From a bacterium (GTDB lineage: Bacteria; Bdellovibrionota_B; Oligoflexia; Oligoflexales; RGVZ01), in assembly GCA_037134655.1 (NCBI GenBank), contig JBAXLR010000001.1:4294-68293 (forward strand): a stretch of 64,000 bases of DNA, given 5' to 3'. Positions 8,984-19,383 of the stretch are shown here, one piece after another. The position numbers and the translations under genes were made by a program. Numbering within the stretch: the first letter of the stretch is position 1; each line of letters begins with the position of its first letter. The notes beneath the pieces were generated by a model, which saw only the letters and a list, made by a program, of their open reading frames with translations, made no database searches and was not told the origin of the DNA.

Positions 8984-11689
8984 TCAAATTGTTAAACTCC
9001 TGCGTGCATATATTTTCCTGAGCTCCTCAACCCAAAGCACAAGACTTGCGACTAGTCCGATAGCAAAAAAACTCTCCAAAGCAATTGGAGTCGTGTGGAA
9101 AAACTCCGCGAGTGGTTTCCAGTAAATCACAAGCCCATGCAAGATGTTTGCAATAATCAGGCCACCAACAAGCCATGGGTTCCCCAAAAGGCTTCCGGAA
9201 AACGCCGATGCCTGTGGTGAACGACAGTTTAGTAAATTAAACCACTGGCACACGACCAAAACAGTAAACGTCTCGGATTGCACAACATTCGCTGGCACGC
9301 CCATGTAAGTTCTCGCCCAAAACCAACCAAAGGTGGAAACAACGGACGCGGCGATCATAAACGGCATGCGGTGTAGCATTTTTTGGTCTAATAGCGGTTC
9401 ATTAGCTGGAACCGGGGGACGATGCATATCTTGGTCCTCCATTGGCTCCATAATCAAGCTAACAGTCAGAGCACTTTCCGAGACCAAGTTCAACCAAAGT
9501 ATCTGCACTGCCGCCAAGGGCGCGTGAAAACCAAAAAGCAGCGCTAAAAGAAGCACCAACAACTCATCGACAGATGTGACAAAAAGAAAGAGCAGTAATT
9601 TTTTGATGTTTTGATAAACAAGTCGCCCCTCAGCAACAGCTGCCACAATGGTGGCAAAATTATCGTCGGTAATTACAATTTTTGAGGCTTCTTTAGCAAC
9701 CTCCGTACCAGTCACACCCATGGCAACACCCACATCAGCCTGCACCAATGCCGGAGAGTCATTAACACCATCACCTGTCATGGCAACCACATGCCCTCGG
9801 GACTGTAGTGACTTTACGATCCTTAGTTTTTGTTCGGGGTGAACACGTGCGAAGACCTTCGTATGTTCCATCTTCGCGGCTAGTTGCTCATCTGATAAAA
9901 GGTCCAATTCAGATCCTGACACCGCTTCATTCGCACTTTTAGCGATACCGAGCTGCCGAGCAATGGCTACGGCAGTAGCCTTGTGATCTCCCGTGATCAT
10001 CACCGTTTTGATACCCGCCCGCACACACTCCGCAATCGCTGGCTTCACCTCGTCACGTGGCGGATCCATTTGAGCGATCAGTCCGAGAAAATGTATACAT
10101 CCGTTAAGCCCATCAAACCCGCGCTGCGAAGAGATGTGAGCATCGTCGATAACGCCAAATGCCAACACTCGAAGGGCCTGCTGTCCCATGTCATCAGCCA
10201 CTTCTTTAAATGCTTCCAATATTTCTTTATGCTCATCGGCCGATGAAGCAAAACACTTTGAGAAGATAGCTTCTGGCGCCCCTTTAACGTAGACCAAAGA
10301 TCGTCCATCTTGCTGATGTTCCGTAGCCATCATTTTAAAATTTGGATCAAAGGGCAGCTCCGCGATTCGTGGGTTTTTTGCTTTTAAAGCCTGAAGATTG
10401 ATTCCAGATTTCTGCGCACAAACCAATAAAGCCGCCTCAGTTGGATCACCCGTAATCTGCCAAGATGCAGGCACATCATCGGGTGACACGAGCTCCGCAT
10501 CGTTACAACAAACTGCCGCGGTCATGAGCCTTTGAAAATTCGAATCCTGTGCTAGCATGTGCTGAGTTTGAACTTCCTCGGTAACATCTTCTTTAAAGTC
10601 ACCAACAGGCTCGTAACCTGTGCCACTGACTTTGATCCGTCTTAATGGCTTTGTAGGTAAGGCCAGTTGAACCACTGTCATCTCGTTTTTGGTGAGAGTC
10701 CCGGTTTTATCTGTGCAAATGACTGTGGTTGAACCGAGAGACTCCACCGCCGAGAGCTTTCGAACAATGGTTCGTCTTTTAGCCATCCGCTGCACGCCAA
10801 CAGCCAAGGCGACGGTCATGGCTACAGGTAGACCTTCTGGAACAATTGAAACCATTTGACTAATGGCGACCATAAAAATTTCGGTCATCTTCATCCCATG
10901 CAAAAGACCAAGGATAAAGACCAACAAAAATATTGTGACCGACGCCAAAGCTACGGTCTTGCCGAAAGCATCAATCCTTGCTTCAAGCCTTGTTTTAACT
11001 TGGGACGTCTTGCCTGCCATGGCAGCGATTTTTCCAAGTTCGTTGCGTGAGCCAGTAGTCACGGCTACGGCGATAGCTCGTCCACTTGTGACATATGTGC
11101 CCGCATAAACCATATTAGCGCGATCAGGCAGGGAGTTCTCCGCTGGCAAAGCATCGACAATCTTTGCTACCGGCATGGATTCGCCAGTCAATGAGGCTTC
11201 TGAAACTTGCAACACATTCGCTTCGAGCAGTCGCCCATCAGTTGGCACGCCGTCACCGGCCGTAAGGTGATAGATGTCACCTGGCACAAGCTCAGATGCG
11301 TCCAATTCCAGTAATTGACCGTCACGCAGAATCTTCGCTTTCAGTTTGGTCAGGCGGCGAAGAGCTGCCAAAGATGCTTCAGCCCGTCCCTCTTGGACGG
11401 CACTCACCAAGGAATTCAAAATGACGACGACGACAATGACTAGTGCGTCCTTGTAATTACCAAGTGCAAACGCGATGGCGCTTGCGATCATCAGAAGATA
11501 AATGAGTGGGCTTAGAAATTGCCTTAAAAAAATCCCGAGGACGCTTCTTCTTTTTTGCTCTGGCAAGGTGTTAAGGCCAAACTGAGCTTGGAGTTTTTTA
11601 CACTCCAGCGCCGTGCGACCGCACTTAACATTTACACCAAAAGCCTGAACCACTTCACCGGCCACGAGCTCATGCCAGATCTTTTTCAT
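8984..11689 (-). CDS. cation-transporting P-type ATPase (P2-type, Ca2+/Mg2+-like)
   Basis: ICTDKTGTLT phosphorylation motif, TGES, MITGDH, MTGDGVNDSPAL hinge and about 10 TM segments; 901 aa. Confidence 0.9.
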   Translation of the reverse strand: MKKIWHELVAGEVVQAFGVNVKCGRTALECKKLQAQFGLNTLPEQKRRSVLGIFLRQFLSPLIYLLMIASAIAFALGNYKDALVIVVVVILNSLVSAVQEGRAEASLAALRRLTKLKAKILRDGQLLELDASELVPGDIYHLTAGDGVPTDGRLLEANVLQVSEASLTGESMPVAKIVDALPAENSLPDRANMVYAGTYVTSGRAIAVAVTTGSRNELGKIAAMAGKTSQVKTRLEARIDAFGKTVALASVTIFLLVFILGLLHGMKMTEIFMVAISQMVSIVPEGLPVAMTVALAVGVQRMAKRRTIVRKLSAVESLGSTTVICTDKTGTLTKNEMTVVQLALPTKPLRRIKVSGTGYEPVGDFKEDVTEEVQTQHMLAQDSNFQRLMTAAVCCNDAELVSPDDVPASWQITGDPTEAALLVCAQKSGINLQALKAKNPRIAELPFDPNFKMMATEHQQDGRSLVYVKGAPEAIFSKCFASSADEHKEILEAFKEVADDMGQQALRVLAFGVIDDAHISSQRGFDGLNGCIHFLGLIAQMDPPRDEVKPAIAECVRAGIKTVMITGDHKATAVAIARQLGIAKSANEAVSGSELDLLSDEQLAAKMEHTKVFARVHPEQKLRIVKSLQSRGHVVAMTGDGVNDSPALVQADVGVAMGVTGTEVAKEASKIVITDDNFATIVAAVAEGRLVYQNIKKLLLFLFVTSVDELLVLLLALLFGFHAPLAAVQILWLNLVSESALTVSLIMEPMEDQDMHRPPVPANEPLLDQKMLHRMPFMIAASVVSTFGWFWARTYMGVPANVVQSETFTVLVVCQWFNLLNCRSPQASAFSGSLLGNPWLVGGLIIANILHGLVIYWKPLAEFFHTTPIALESFFAIGLVASLVLWVEELRKIYARRSLTI

Positions 11690-11728
11690 CGGGAGGTAGA
11701 TCCTCCTGTGGGGAGGGTAGGCCTTGGG

Positions 11729-12001
11729 TTATTTTACTGCTTGGAGGTTCTTATCGTCTTTGGACCGGGAAGAAAACTTCCGACTTATCATCCATAAGCA
11801 TGCGATAATCATGCCAAGGGCGAGTCCTGCCACTTGCGCCGTAATTAACTTATCCGTAGCCCATGTGGCTGCAGGCTCACAGTTTGTACTAAAACTTACT
11901 GGCGGCGTCACAAGCATCGAAATAACTCGTGGAGCAATCCATGTTGAAACTACCGCACCTGTGATGCCGAAACCAAAACAGACACTTAAAATTTTATGCA
12001 T
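11729..12001 (-). CDS. small hypothetical membrane protein
   Basis: 90-aa ORF with 2-3 hydrophobic helices, between the mscL and ATPase genes on the same strand. Confidence 0.35.
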   Translation of the reverse strand: MHKILSVCFGFGITGAVVSTWIAPRVISMLVTPPVSFSTNCEPAATWATDKLITAQVAGLALGMIIACLWMISRKFSSRSKDDKNLQAVK

Positions 12002-12036
12002 GACTAATTAGCTCCACAGGACTGTGATTGACCAAA

Positions 12037-12489
12037 TTAACGTTTTTGCGAAGCTAAAAGATCTCTGATCTCTTTTAGTAGTTTTTGATCTTCCGTCTCG
12101 ACGGAAGCTGCAGGCGCTTCAACTTGCTCGGCTTTTTTTCGCGCCGAAATCAATCCGATAAATTTGACCATAAACATATAGAGAGCGAACGCCACGATCA
12201 GAAAGTTGACCACCTCGCCCAAGAAAAGCCCGTAAGGGATTTCTTTGGAGCCGACTGCAAACTTCCAATCAACATAGCCCTGGTCACCTGGTGTCAGCAG
12301 ACCAATCGCTGGCATGATGATGTTTTTAACCAGTGAATCAACAATTTTACCGAAGGCCGCACCGATCACCACGCCAACGGCCATATCGACGACACTGCCC
12401 TTGAAGGCAAAGTTTTTAAACTCATCGAATAGTGATTTAATCTGTCTGGTTGCGATGGTTGAATTAACGGCTTGGAAACTGGCCTTCAT
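12037..12489 (-). CDS. mscL: large-conductance mechanosensitive channel
   Basis: FKNFAFKGSVVDMAVGVVIGAAFGKIVDSLVKNIIMP is the MscL TM1 signature. ATG at 12489 has a GGGAG RBS; the track ORF extends to 12531. Confidence 0.88.
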   Translation of the reverse strand: MKASFQAVNSTIATRQIKSLFDEFKNFAFKGSVVDMAVGVVIGAAFGKIVDSLVKNIIMPAIGLLTPGDQGYVDWKFAVGSKEIPYGLFLGEVVNFLIVAFALYMFMVKFIGLISARKKAEQVEAPAASVETEDQKLLKEIRDLLASQKR

Positions 12490-12696
12490 GCTTGAACTCC
12501 CGGTGATTTTTTTCAAAGATGGCCCCATCAACGCAAAAAGTCAGGGCCCCAAGACGGCCTGCTCTATATCTCGTCTGGAGAGTCATGGAAAGCGCAAATT
12601 ACTCTGATGACGGTTTAAAGCCACCCTCCCCGCTGGTCGGTTGTCAGTTGGCTAGGATTGAGCCCCGTCAGATGCCGAATAGATCAGCTTGTTCGG

Positions 12697-13533
12697 CTAT
12701 GAGTGGTTTAATTCTCTCAAAAAAATGACCCCATTTGGTCCTGTATGCCGCATACCGTGGGCCTCTCTGACCCACTGCGTCACATCTTTTTGAGGAATTG
12801 TACCGACCGGGCAGCCATACTGACCAAGGGCAAACCCCCGTTTTGATATGAGATAAATGGTGCTTAGGATGAAGTCCAAGCGCGAGTACCAGACCACCGC
12901 CCTCGCCGAATCAGCACCTGTGTACAGCTTGGGGACAACGCTGTATTCCCCTCCATCCGCAAATGACCACCGATGCATGGCCGGCTGCAATGCCCACCAG
13001 ATCCCAGGCTTTGCCAGAAGTTGGGAGGAATTTAAGACTAATTTGAGGGTTTCGGCCCAAACTAAGCCGCCCATACTGTGGGAGATCACGGTGGGACCCA
13101 TCTGATTCGCGGATCCCCAGTCTAAAACGAATGGCAAGAGATGATGAGCCGCCTCCTTAGCCCGGCGCTCCACATCTTTTAGGTAACTACGACACCGTGG
13201 CAACTCACTAAATAACAGTCTCAGACGATCAAAAAGGGAAGCGTTCCGTATCACGTCACGAATGGCGACCTGGTTATTAAGAAGACTATTCCAAGCGAAC
13301 ACATAGATGGGTCGATCGGCTATCCTTTGAGGACCCAAAGCCTCAAGAATTGGCCATACCAAGTCCTCTAGAGACTCCTCGGGTGTGGCAAACTCTATCC
13401 CATGAATAAATAGGAGCGGCGCTCGCGTCAAGGCGCAGCCACGGCGCACAAAGGGCACGGGCTCTAAGGTTTTACCATCTGGCGCCAATAGAAATACCGA
13501 ACCAAAGCCACTTGCTGTCTTAAGCATATCCAC
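12697..13533 (-). CDS. alpha/beta hydrolase-fold protein
   Basis: LLFIHG and nucleophile elbow VISHSMGG (GxSxG). Confidence 0.55.
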   Translation of the reverse strand: MDMLKTASGFGSVFLLAPDGKTLEPVPFVRRGCALTRAPLLFIHGIEFATPEESLEDLVWPILEALGPQRIADRPIYVFAWNSLLNNQVAIRDVIRNASLFDRLRLLFSELPRCRSYLKDVERRAKEAAHHLLPFVLDWGSANQMGPTVISHSMGGLVWAETLKLVLNSSQLLAKPGIWWALQPAMHRWSFADGGEYSVVPKLYTGADSARAVVWYSRLDFILSTIYLISKRGFALGQYGCPVGTIPQKDVTQWVREAHGMRHTGPNGVIFLRELNHS

Positions 13534-13690
13534 ACCTCCAGCGTCCCTGCCGAATTAGGGCTGATCAACCTGCCTAGTGTGAAGGAAGATTGAGTAGATG
13601 GTGTGAAGAATGTGAAAAAATTAGTTAAAGAATTCTATAGATTATATAAAATATTCAGATAGTTGTGGTCCAGTACACCTATCCTTACGA

Positions 13691-14698
13691 ATGCGTTATA
13701 ATCTCGCGATGGAAAGCCACCTCAGTACAAGTCAGAAAACCTCCCAAGGTCAGCGTCGCGCAGGTAACCTTGCTCGATTTGATGCGCCAGATTCGGGGGA
13801 TTTATACCAATACCTCTGCCCCATCGACCATCAAGCTAATTTTGCTGCAATTCTCGGTATAAGGTGCAAAAAGGCCGTCAAGGGTCCGCCCATTCTCGTG
13901 ATCCACGACGTTGGCGAACGGGCTGACATGTATTGGGACTGCATGAAGTATCTAAGTGACCACGGGCACAGCAGTTATTCATACGACCAACGCGGGCACG
14001 GAATCAATGCGGACCTTTCTGGTCACTTAGATAGATTCCAGGAACTAGTGGCTGATCTATTACAAGTTGCCTCGTGGCTTCGCCACCTGCACGAGGGAGA
14101 CGCTCCCATTATCGTTGGACAAGGCTACGGCGCTATAGTCGCCACGGAGCTTGCCGCAAAACATCCACAATTTGTCACAGGCCTTGTCCTCGCAGCTCCC
14201 ACCCTTGAGCTAGCTTGGATGCCTGGACCGTTAAAGCGCTGGATCATCCGCGTGCTTGCCGAATTGGTGCCCCGAATGAAAGTACCGACAGGACTTCATC
14301 CGCGTTTCTCAAACCCCATGCACCGGGTGGTAGGTCGCACCATGGCCACCCGCCTGATCCGCTCACTGATTGGACCGAGCCACTTACGACTGGCGTTTGC
14401 CTTTGCTCGCCAGTTATTTGAGGCGATGGATCAGTTTGGTCGTTTCTTCAATTCCATAAAAAAACCTGTGCTGATCCTCAAACCCGGTGAAGACGAAGTT
14501 GCACGATTTGACTCCATGGATCAATTTGCTATGGCTCACCCTGATAAGAACCGAATCACCACCAGAACCGTAGCCAATGTACACCACAACGGTTTCACAG
14601 AAGGCAAACTTCCGATGACATCCATCTTGAGTGAAATCACAACTTGGAGTGAAGCCTTAGTCCCGAGCCATGCCTCCGACAATGGGCCGAGGATTTAA
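13691..14698 (+). CDS. alpha/beta hydrolase-fold protein (lysophospholipase-like) lacking the nucleophile serine
   Basis: ILVIHDVGE, YDQRGHG and GLVLAAP match monoacylglycerol-lipase-like hydrolases. The elbow reads GQGYGA instead of GHSMGG. Confidence 0.55.
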   Translation: MRYNLAMESHLSTSQKTSQGQRRAGNLARFDAPDSGDLYQYLCPIDHQANFAAILGIRCKKAVKGPPILVIHDVGERADMYWDCMKYLSDHGHSSYSYDQRGHGINADLSGHLDRFQELVADLLQVASWLRHLHEGDAPIIVGQGYGAIVATELAAKHPQFVTGLVLAAPTLELAWMPGPLKRWIIRVLAELVPRMKVPTGLHPRFSNPMHRVVGRTMATRLIRSLIGPSHLRLAFAFARQLFEAMDQFGRFFNSIKKPVLILKPGEDEVARFDSMDQFAMAHPDKNRITTRTVANVHHNGFTEGKLPMTSILSEITTWSEALVPSHASDNGPRI

Positions 14699-14704
14699 AC
14701 TGAA

Positions 14705-17095
14705 ATGAACTCCAATTTTCGTAAGTCCTTGACTCGTATGAACCGCACAAAAGTTGCCGCCCACCGTGCGTACATTGCTCTTTCTTTGCTGCGAGCGGCA
14801 GCCATTGGCATCATTGTCACGAGCCTTTGGAATGCCACATCAAACGCCGCCCCGCTCATTCACGCCCTATGCGGGCTAGTCACTTTTTTTGCCGTTCTAG
14901 GGTTTTCATCCTTTGGCAGAACCCATGCCATCAACGAGTCCAGTTTACTGTTATCCCTCGATATTCAGTATCCAGCTTCAAAACGTTCTCCTTTTGTCGA
15001 CGCCGCGCCTGAAGGTGATGCGTCTGAGTGGGACAACAAGTTACTGAGGGAAGAAAAAAAACTTCGCAGCTGGGAATTACGTCGACTCTCAACATTGACT
15101 GGTTCTGTGTTGGTCTCGAGCCTTATTGCTGGCCTGTTACTGACAAGATCACCCATTGATGTCACGGGAACTTTGTCAGATGCACGCAACTTACTGACAG
15201 CACTTACGGGTGGTATGACACTTGAAGTCTTGGATGGTGCCGCTCCAAAGAAGGGTAAAAATTCCACATTTCAAGGCCCGGTTAACCTGTCCACCTCAAA
15301 TCCACCAACCATCGAATTAATCCCGTCCAATATGTTAAAACTAACGGTGATTCGCGTGAGCTCAAGTGAAAGTCCACCGGTTGTTAACTTAAAGCCACAC
15401 GGTGATACGCCACCTCTGAGCATTCAAATGTCCCCCGCTGGACCACTAACCACCCAACAAAATATCTGGTCAGCGGAGTTTTCTGTGCCTGAATCGGCAG
15501 ACCTGAGTATTCCCGTTATTTCATCAAAGATAGCCGCCAAGATTACTGTGAGTGAACTACCCAATCCGAAAGTCCAAATGACGTTTGAATCCATGGGGCG
15601 AGAGCTATGGCCGGATCACGAACTCCTGCCACTCAATATCAACGTCTCCGCAGTTCATCCCCTAGACAAGGTACTTTTGAAGATCACGACGAAAGAAAAA
15701 ACATTTCAAGAATCTGTCTTGAATATTTCAGGTGATACTACGACTGTGACTACAACCTACAAACTTAACCTTCAACCGTGGATGGAAGAAGACATTGTTG
15801 AGTTTGACATCGTTGCTGAAGCGATCGATCGCGCTGAACCTTCACCTTTGATCGGTAAAAGTCAGCCCCTTCACATCAAAGTTGCAAGTGCTTATGGGCG
15901 CTATAAACAAGCCCTTGAAACCCTAAAAAAGATCAAGTCTGCCCTTGATGATGCCAGAAGTAGCGGCAAGGGAGTGTCGCCAGCAACCGACGAGGTCATG
16001 CGGAGTGTATTGCAACAAAGTGAAGAGACTCCATTCTTTGACGGCATCGATCGCTCGCAACTTGCGCAGATTTCCCAAAAGCTTTCGGAAATTAAAACCT
16101 CCAAGGCTGACTACAAAGTCCAAGAGCTGGCTGATGAGGTAGGAGAGTTTTTGCTTGAACACGAGATCCTTGATGATCGTGAACGCGACCGGGATCTGTT
16201 CATTGCCATCAGAGCCTTTTCTAGGACTTTGGACAAATCAAACCCTGAGCGAATGCTTGACGCCAAGCATCTAGCTAATCGAATGCTAGGATTTCTCGAT
16301 GAAAGACAAAAAAGATGGGGCTTAAGAGTAAAATTTCTAGGACCTGGTAATGCGCCAGCCAGTTGGCCGCGGATTCAGGAAGAAAAGCCATTTAAAGGGC
16401 ATGTGAATCGAACCCTTAGTGGTGCTGAGTCCAACCCTAAAAAATCACAAGGCCACCTGAGCACCCTCGCCAGCCAATACAGAGCTTGGATTGAGGAGCT
16501 TGAGGCCAAAGAAGACGCCATGCGGGCAAAAATGGAAAAACAACGGCAGCAAGGTTTGGCGAACGCACGTAACGAACTTAGAGAACTGCAGCAGAGACAA
16601 GATCAAATCTCGACTGATCTTGACCGAGCAGCTGAGCGGTCTGCTGATGTCCAACAAAAATGGCCGGCCGCTCGCGCCGGAGAAAATACCAACGTGGACC
16701 AGGCCCAAGGCCTTCTGGGAAAACTCCAAGCCCTCTCGCCGACGGCGGGAGAGCGTTTAAAAGCCGCCATTCAGTCCATGCAATTGGCCTTATCAGCTGG
16801 CGAAGGCTCCAAATGGGTCGACGCGGAAAGTGCTGCCGACTTGGCTGGGCGACTTCTGCGTGACGCAGACCAAGCAGCTAACAAGAGTCAAAAGCAGCAA
16901 GGCCGTGGGCGGCGTAGAAGATCAGGTGGTGACGAGTATCACGGCACGTCAATCGGCGGCCAAGTTGAAATTAAGAGCGAATACCAGGTGGACCCTCGCT
17001 ACCGTGAACACATCCTTCGTGATGTGGAAGAGGAAATTTCCGACGGTGAAAATAAGGCTATCCTTGATGGTTGGCTACACGAAGTGGTGAGGTGA
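14705..17095 (+). CDS. large hypothetical membrane-anchored coiled-coil protein
   Basis: 796-aa ORF with two N-terminal TM helices and a Q/E/R/K-rich coiled-coil C-terminal half. It vaguely resembles DUF4175-type proteins, from memory only. Confidence 0.4.
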   Translation: MNSNFRKSLTRMNRTKVAAHRAYIALSLLRAAAIGIIVTSLWNATSNAAPLIHALCGLVTFFAVLGFSSFGRTHAINESSLLLSLDIQYPASKRSPFVDAAPEGDASEWDNKLLREEKKLRSWELRRLSTLTGSVLVSSLIAGLLLTRSPIDVTGTLSDARNLLTALTGGMTLEVLDGAAPKKGKNSTFQGPVNLSTSNPPTIELIPSNMLKLTVIRVSSSESPPVVNLKPHGDTPPLSIQMSPAGPLTTQQNIWSAEFSVPESADLSIPVISSKIAAKITVSELPNPKVQMTFESMGRELWPDHELLPLNINVSAVHPLDKVLLKITTKEKTFQESVLNISGDTTTVTTTYKLNLQPWMEEDIVEFDIVAEAIDRAEPSPLIGKSQPLHIKVASAYGRYKQALETLKKIKSALDDARSSGKGVSPATDEVMRSVLQQSEETPFFDGIDRSQLAQISQKLSEIKTSKADYKVQELADEVGEFLLEHEILDDRERDRDLFIAIRAFSRTLDKSNPERMLDAKHLANRMLGFLDERQKRWGLRVKFLGPGNAPASWPRIQEEKPFKGHVNRTLSGAESNPKKSQGHLSTLASQYRAWIEELEAKEDAMRAKMEKQRQQGLANARNELRELQQRQDQISTDLDRAAERSADVQQKWPAARAGENTNVDQAQGLLGKLQALSPTAGERLKAAIQSMQLALSAGEGSKWVDAESAADLAGRLLRDADQAANKSQKQQGRGRRRRSGGDEYHGTSIGGQVEIKSEYQVDPRYREHILRDVEEEISDGENKAILDGWLHEVVR

Positions 17096-17099
17096 TCTC

Positions 17100-18191
17100 T
17101 TGAACACATGGCGGGCTAATATCGCCGAAACCAGCGCAACACGCGTGTCGTGCGACATACATGTCCCGTTTGCCATCTCGTCTGAGACACTGGATCAGAT
17201 GAATTTCAGCCTGATTCAAATCACAGATGAAAATGGCCTGACAGGCATAGGAGAGGCTAGTCCTTTCCCTACCCTCACCGGAGACAATATCAACGGCGTC
17301 TTACCAGTGGCCGAAGAAATACTTGGTCACTTAAAAGAAATGACTGCTTTGGCAGCCTTACGCTATCTTCGCACCATAAGGGAAGAAACCTTCACGTCCT
17401 CGCCCAGTGCTTATGTTGGTGTCGAGATGGCCCTTTGGGACCTTTACGGCAAACAACTGGGTGTACCACTTGCGGGGATTTGGGGTGGCCGCATGTTAGA
17501 TAAGGTGATGACCGATATCACCATGCCTATCATGGCACCCAACATGGTCGCTGACTTTTGGACGCTCTATAAAGATCACGGCTTTGAGGTCATCAAAATT
17601 AAAGTTTCAGGTCATGTGTCTGATGACGTGGAGATGATTGAGGCGCTATTTAAAGTTGTCTCTCGCTCAACTCAAGTCACCCTTGACGGCAATCAAGGCT
17701 ACCGACTTGATAACGCCAAGTCTTTGCTTAGCCGTCTTGGGGAACTGGGGACGACTCCTTTATTCTTTGAACAACCCCTACCCGCCGATGATTGGGAAGG
17801 ACTAAAAGCACTGCAAGATTCAACGGGAATTCCCGTTTGCCTTGATGAAACCATCATGGCCCCTGAAGACGCCATCCGTGTAGTCAGGGAGAAAACAGCC
17901 AGCATGATCAATCTTAAGATCATGAAGTCAGGGATTGAGGAGACATCGAGAATCATCGCCATCGCACGCTCGGCGGGAATCGCTCTTATGATCGGAGGCA
18001 TGCTTGAAAGTGAAATTGCCATGGGCTGTAGCCTACAGCTTGCTTGTGGTTTTGGAGGTATCCAGCACTTTGATCTTGATACACCATTTTTCCTAAAAAA
18101 ATTCGTATGCGAAGACAGTCCTTGGCACGCGAACTCAGCAAGACTCGTACGACCAGCGGGCCCTGGCTTAGGTTTATCTTTGGCCAAATAA
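17100..18191 (+). CDS. enolase-superfamily dipeptide epimerase (L-Ala-D/L-Glu epimerase-like)
   Basis: IKIKVSG (KxK), LDGNQGY, FEQPL, LDET and NLKIMKSG are the MR/MLE-subgroup metal and base residues. TTG start. Confidence 0.75.
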   Translation: MNTWRANIAETSATRVSCDIHVPFAISSETLDQMNFSLIQITDENGLTGIGEASPFPTLTGDNINGVLPVAEEILGHLKEMTALAALRYLRTIREETFTSSPSAYVGVEMALWDLYGKQLGVPLAGIWGGRMLDKVMTDITMPIMAPNMVADFWTLYKDHGFEVIKIKVSGHVSDDVEMIEALFKVVSRSTQVTLDGNQGYRLDNAKSLLSRLGELGTTPLFFEQPLPADDWEGLKALQDSTGIPVCLDETIMAPEDAIRVVREKTASMINLKIMKSGIEETSRIIAIARSAGIALMIGGMLESEIAMGCSLQLACGFGGIQHFDLDTPFFLKKFVCEDSPWHANSARLVRPAGPGLGLSLAK

Positions 18192-18192
18192 A

Positions 18193-19230
18193 CTAAATCA
18201 CCGATCTAAAATGTTTGATGATTTTCTCGATCGCCTGATTTCTTACAGCGTCAACCTCATGAAGGATCTCATGGCGGCTGCCTTTAAGGGTCACCGCCTC
18301 GCAGCCGGTTGATCTTAGGCATGCAGCAAATGAGGGTTTTGGATCGATGTATCCATCGTCATCAGCCATGAGCATTAACGTACCGGGGTTCATGGGACTT
18401 TTCACGTTTGACACATCCGAACCTAAAGTCATCGCCATCTTGAGCCATCCCCAGGACGTCCCCGAGACGTAATAGTCAGGATATTTCAGACCGATCTTAT
18501 GGGAGGCCAGCCATCTGGCGCGACTGTTGGTTGAGATATTGGCTTCAAATGTTTTTTGTTCAATTGGTACGGTTTGACGGCTCCACGCTGTTGCCTCACA
18601 AAAGCCTAAGAGGCAGTGAATTTTAGCCATGACTGAGACGAATAAATTTGGAAATGGTGTTTTTGGCCATATGAGAGGAGCCGTCATCACGACCTCTTTT
18701 GCAATACCTGGCGATTTTTGCAGCGCCGACATCAAAACTAATGCGCCCGTTGAATGGGCGATCACCTTGGGCAAGCTACCTGAATTTTCCGGTGCGATGA
18801 CTTTTTTAATGATCCCTAGCACGGCCAGAGGATATCGATCGGGTATATCCACATGCACCACGCGTCTATCCACCTTCAGCAAATCCACAAGCCTCTCACT
18901 GGCCCCCTGCCCCGGCAGATCTAAAAGATACCAAGGACCAAGCTCTGGCATTTGTACCGAAAGGTCGCTAACAAGCTCCATGTACTTCATGGCAGGCTCT
19001 GTATAGCCCGGTATAATTAGGACTGGGTGAGCTGCTGTTTGTTTACCGCAGCGCCTATAAGCCACCTTACGACTTGGCGTCAGGTCATCAAAAAATTCGC
19101 CCGACTGACAGGCTTGCCAGGGCGCGTCGATCACCTGATCCCAGGCTGCATCCAAGAGCACTTCATCGGCTGCGTGCGCGCTGTTTGAAACCATTGAAAA
19201 ACCAATTAAAATCAGGATTCTGAGGGTCAT
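18193..19230 (-). CDS. secreted alpha/beta hydrolase (lysophospholipase L2-like)
   Basis: Signal peptide, LIIPGYTE and nucleophile elbow IAHSTGA. Confidence 0.6.
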   Translation of the reverse strand: MTLRILILIGFSMVSNSAHAADEVLLDAAWDQVIDAPWQACQSGEFFDDLTPSRKVAYRRCGKQTAAHPVLIIPGYTEPAMKYMELVSDLSVQMPELGPWYLLDLPGQGASERLVDLLKVDRRVVHVDIPDRYPLAVLGIIKKVIAPENSGSLPKVIAHSTGALVLMSALQKSPGIAKEVVMTAPLIWPKTPFPNLFVSVMAKIHCLLGFCEATAWSRQTVPIEQKTFEANISTNSRARWLASHKIGLKYPDYYVSGTSWGWLKMAMTLGSDVSNVKSPMNPGTLMLMADDDGYIDPKPSFAACLRSTGCEAVTLKGSRHEILHEVDAVRNQAIEKIIKHFRSVI

Positions 19231-19383
19231 GGAAAAAACCTGGGCAATACGTAGTTATTTTGAGTCCATTGAAAACTTATTTTAGCAGGTAATTTCCCAG
19301 TGTTACCACCCATATTCGTATGCTATGATTTTCCCTCGCCGTAATGTTTCAAATTCTTGCAAAGATAAGGCATCGCGTGACTT

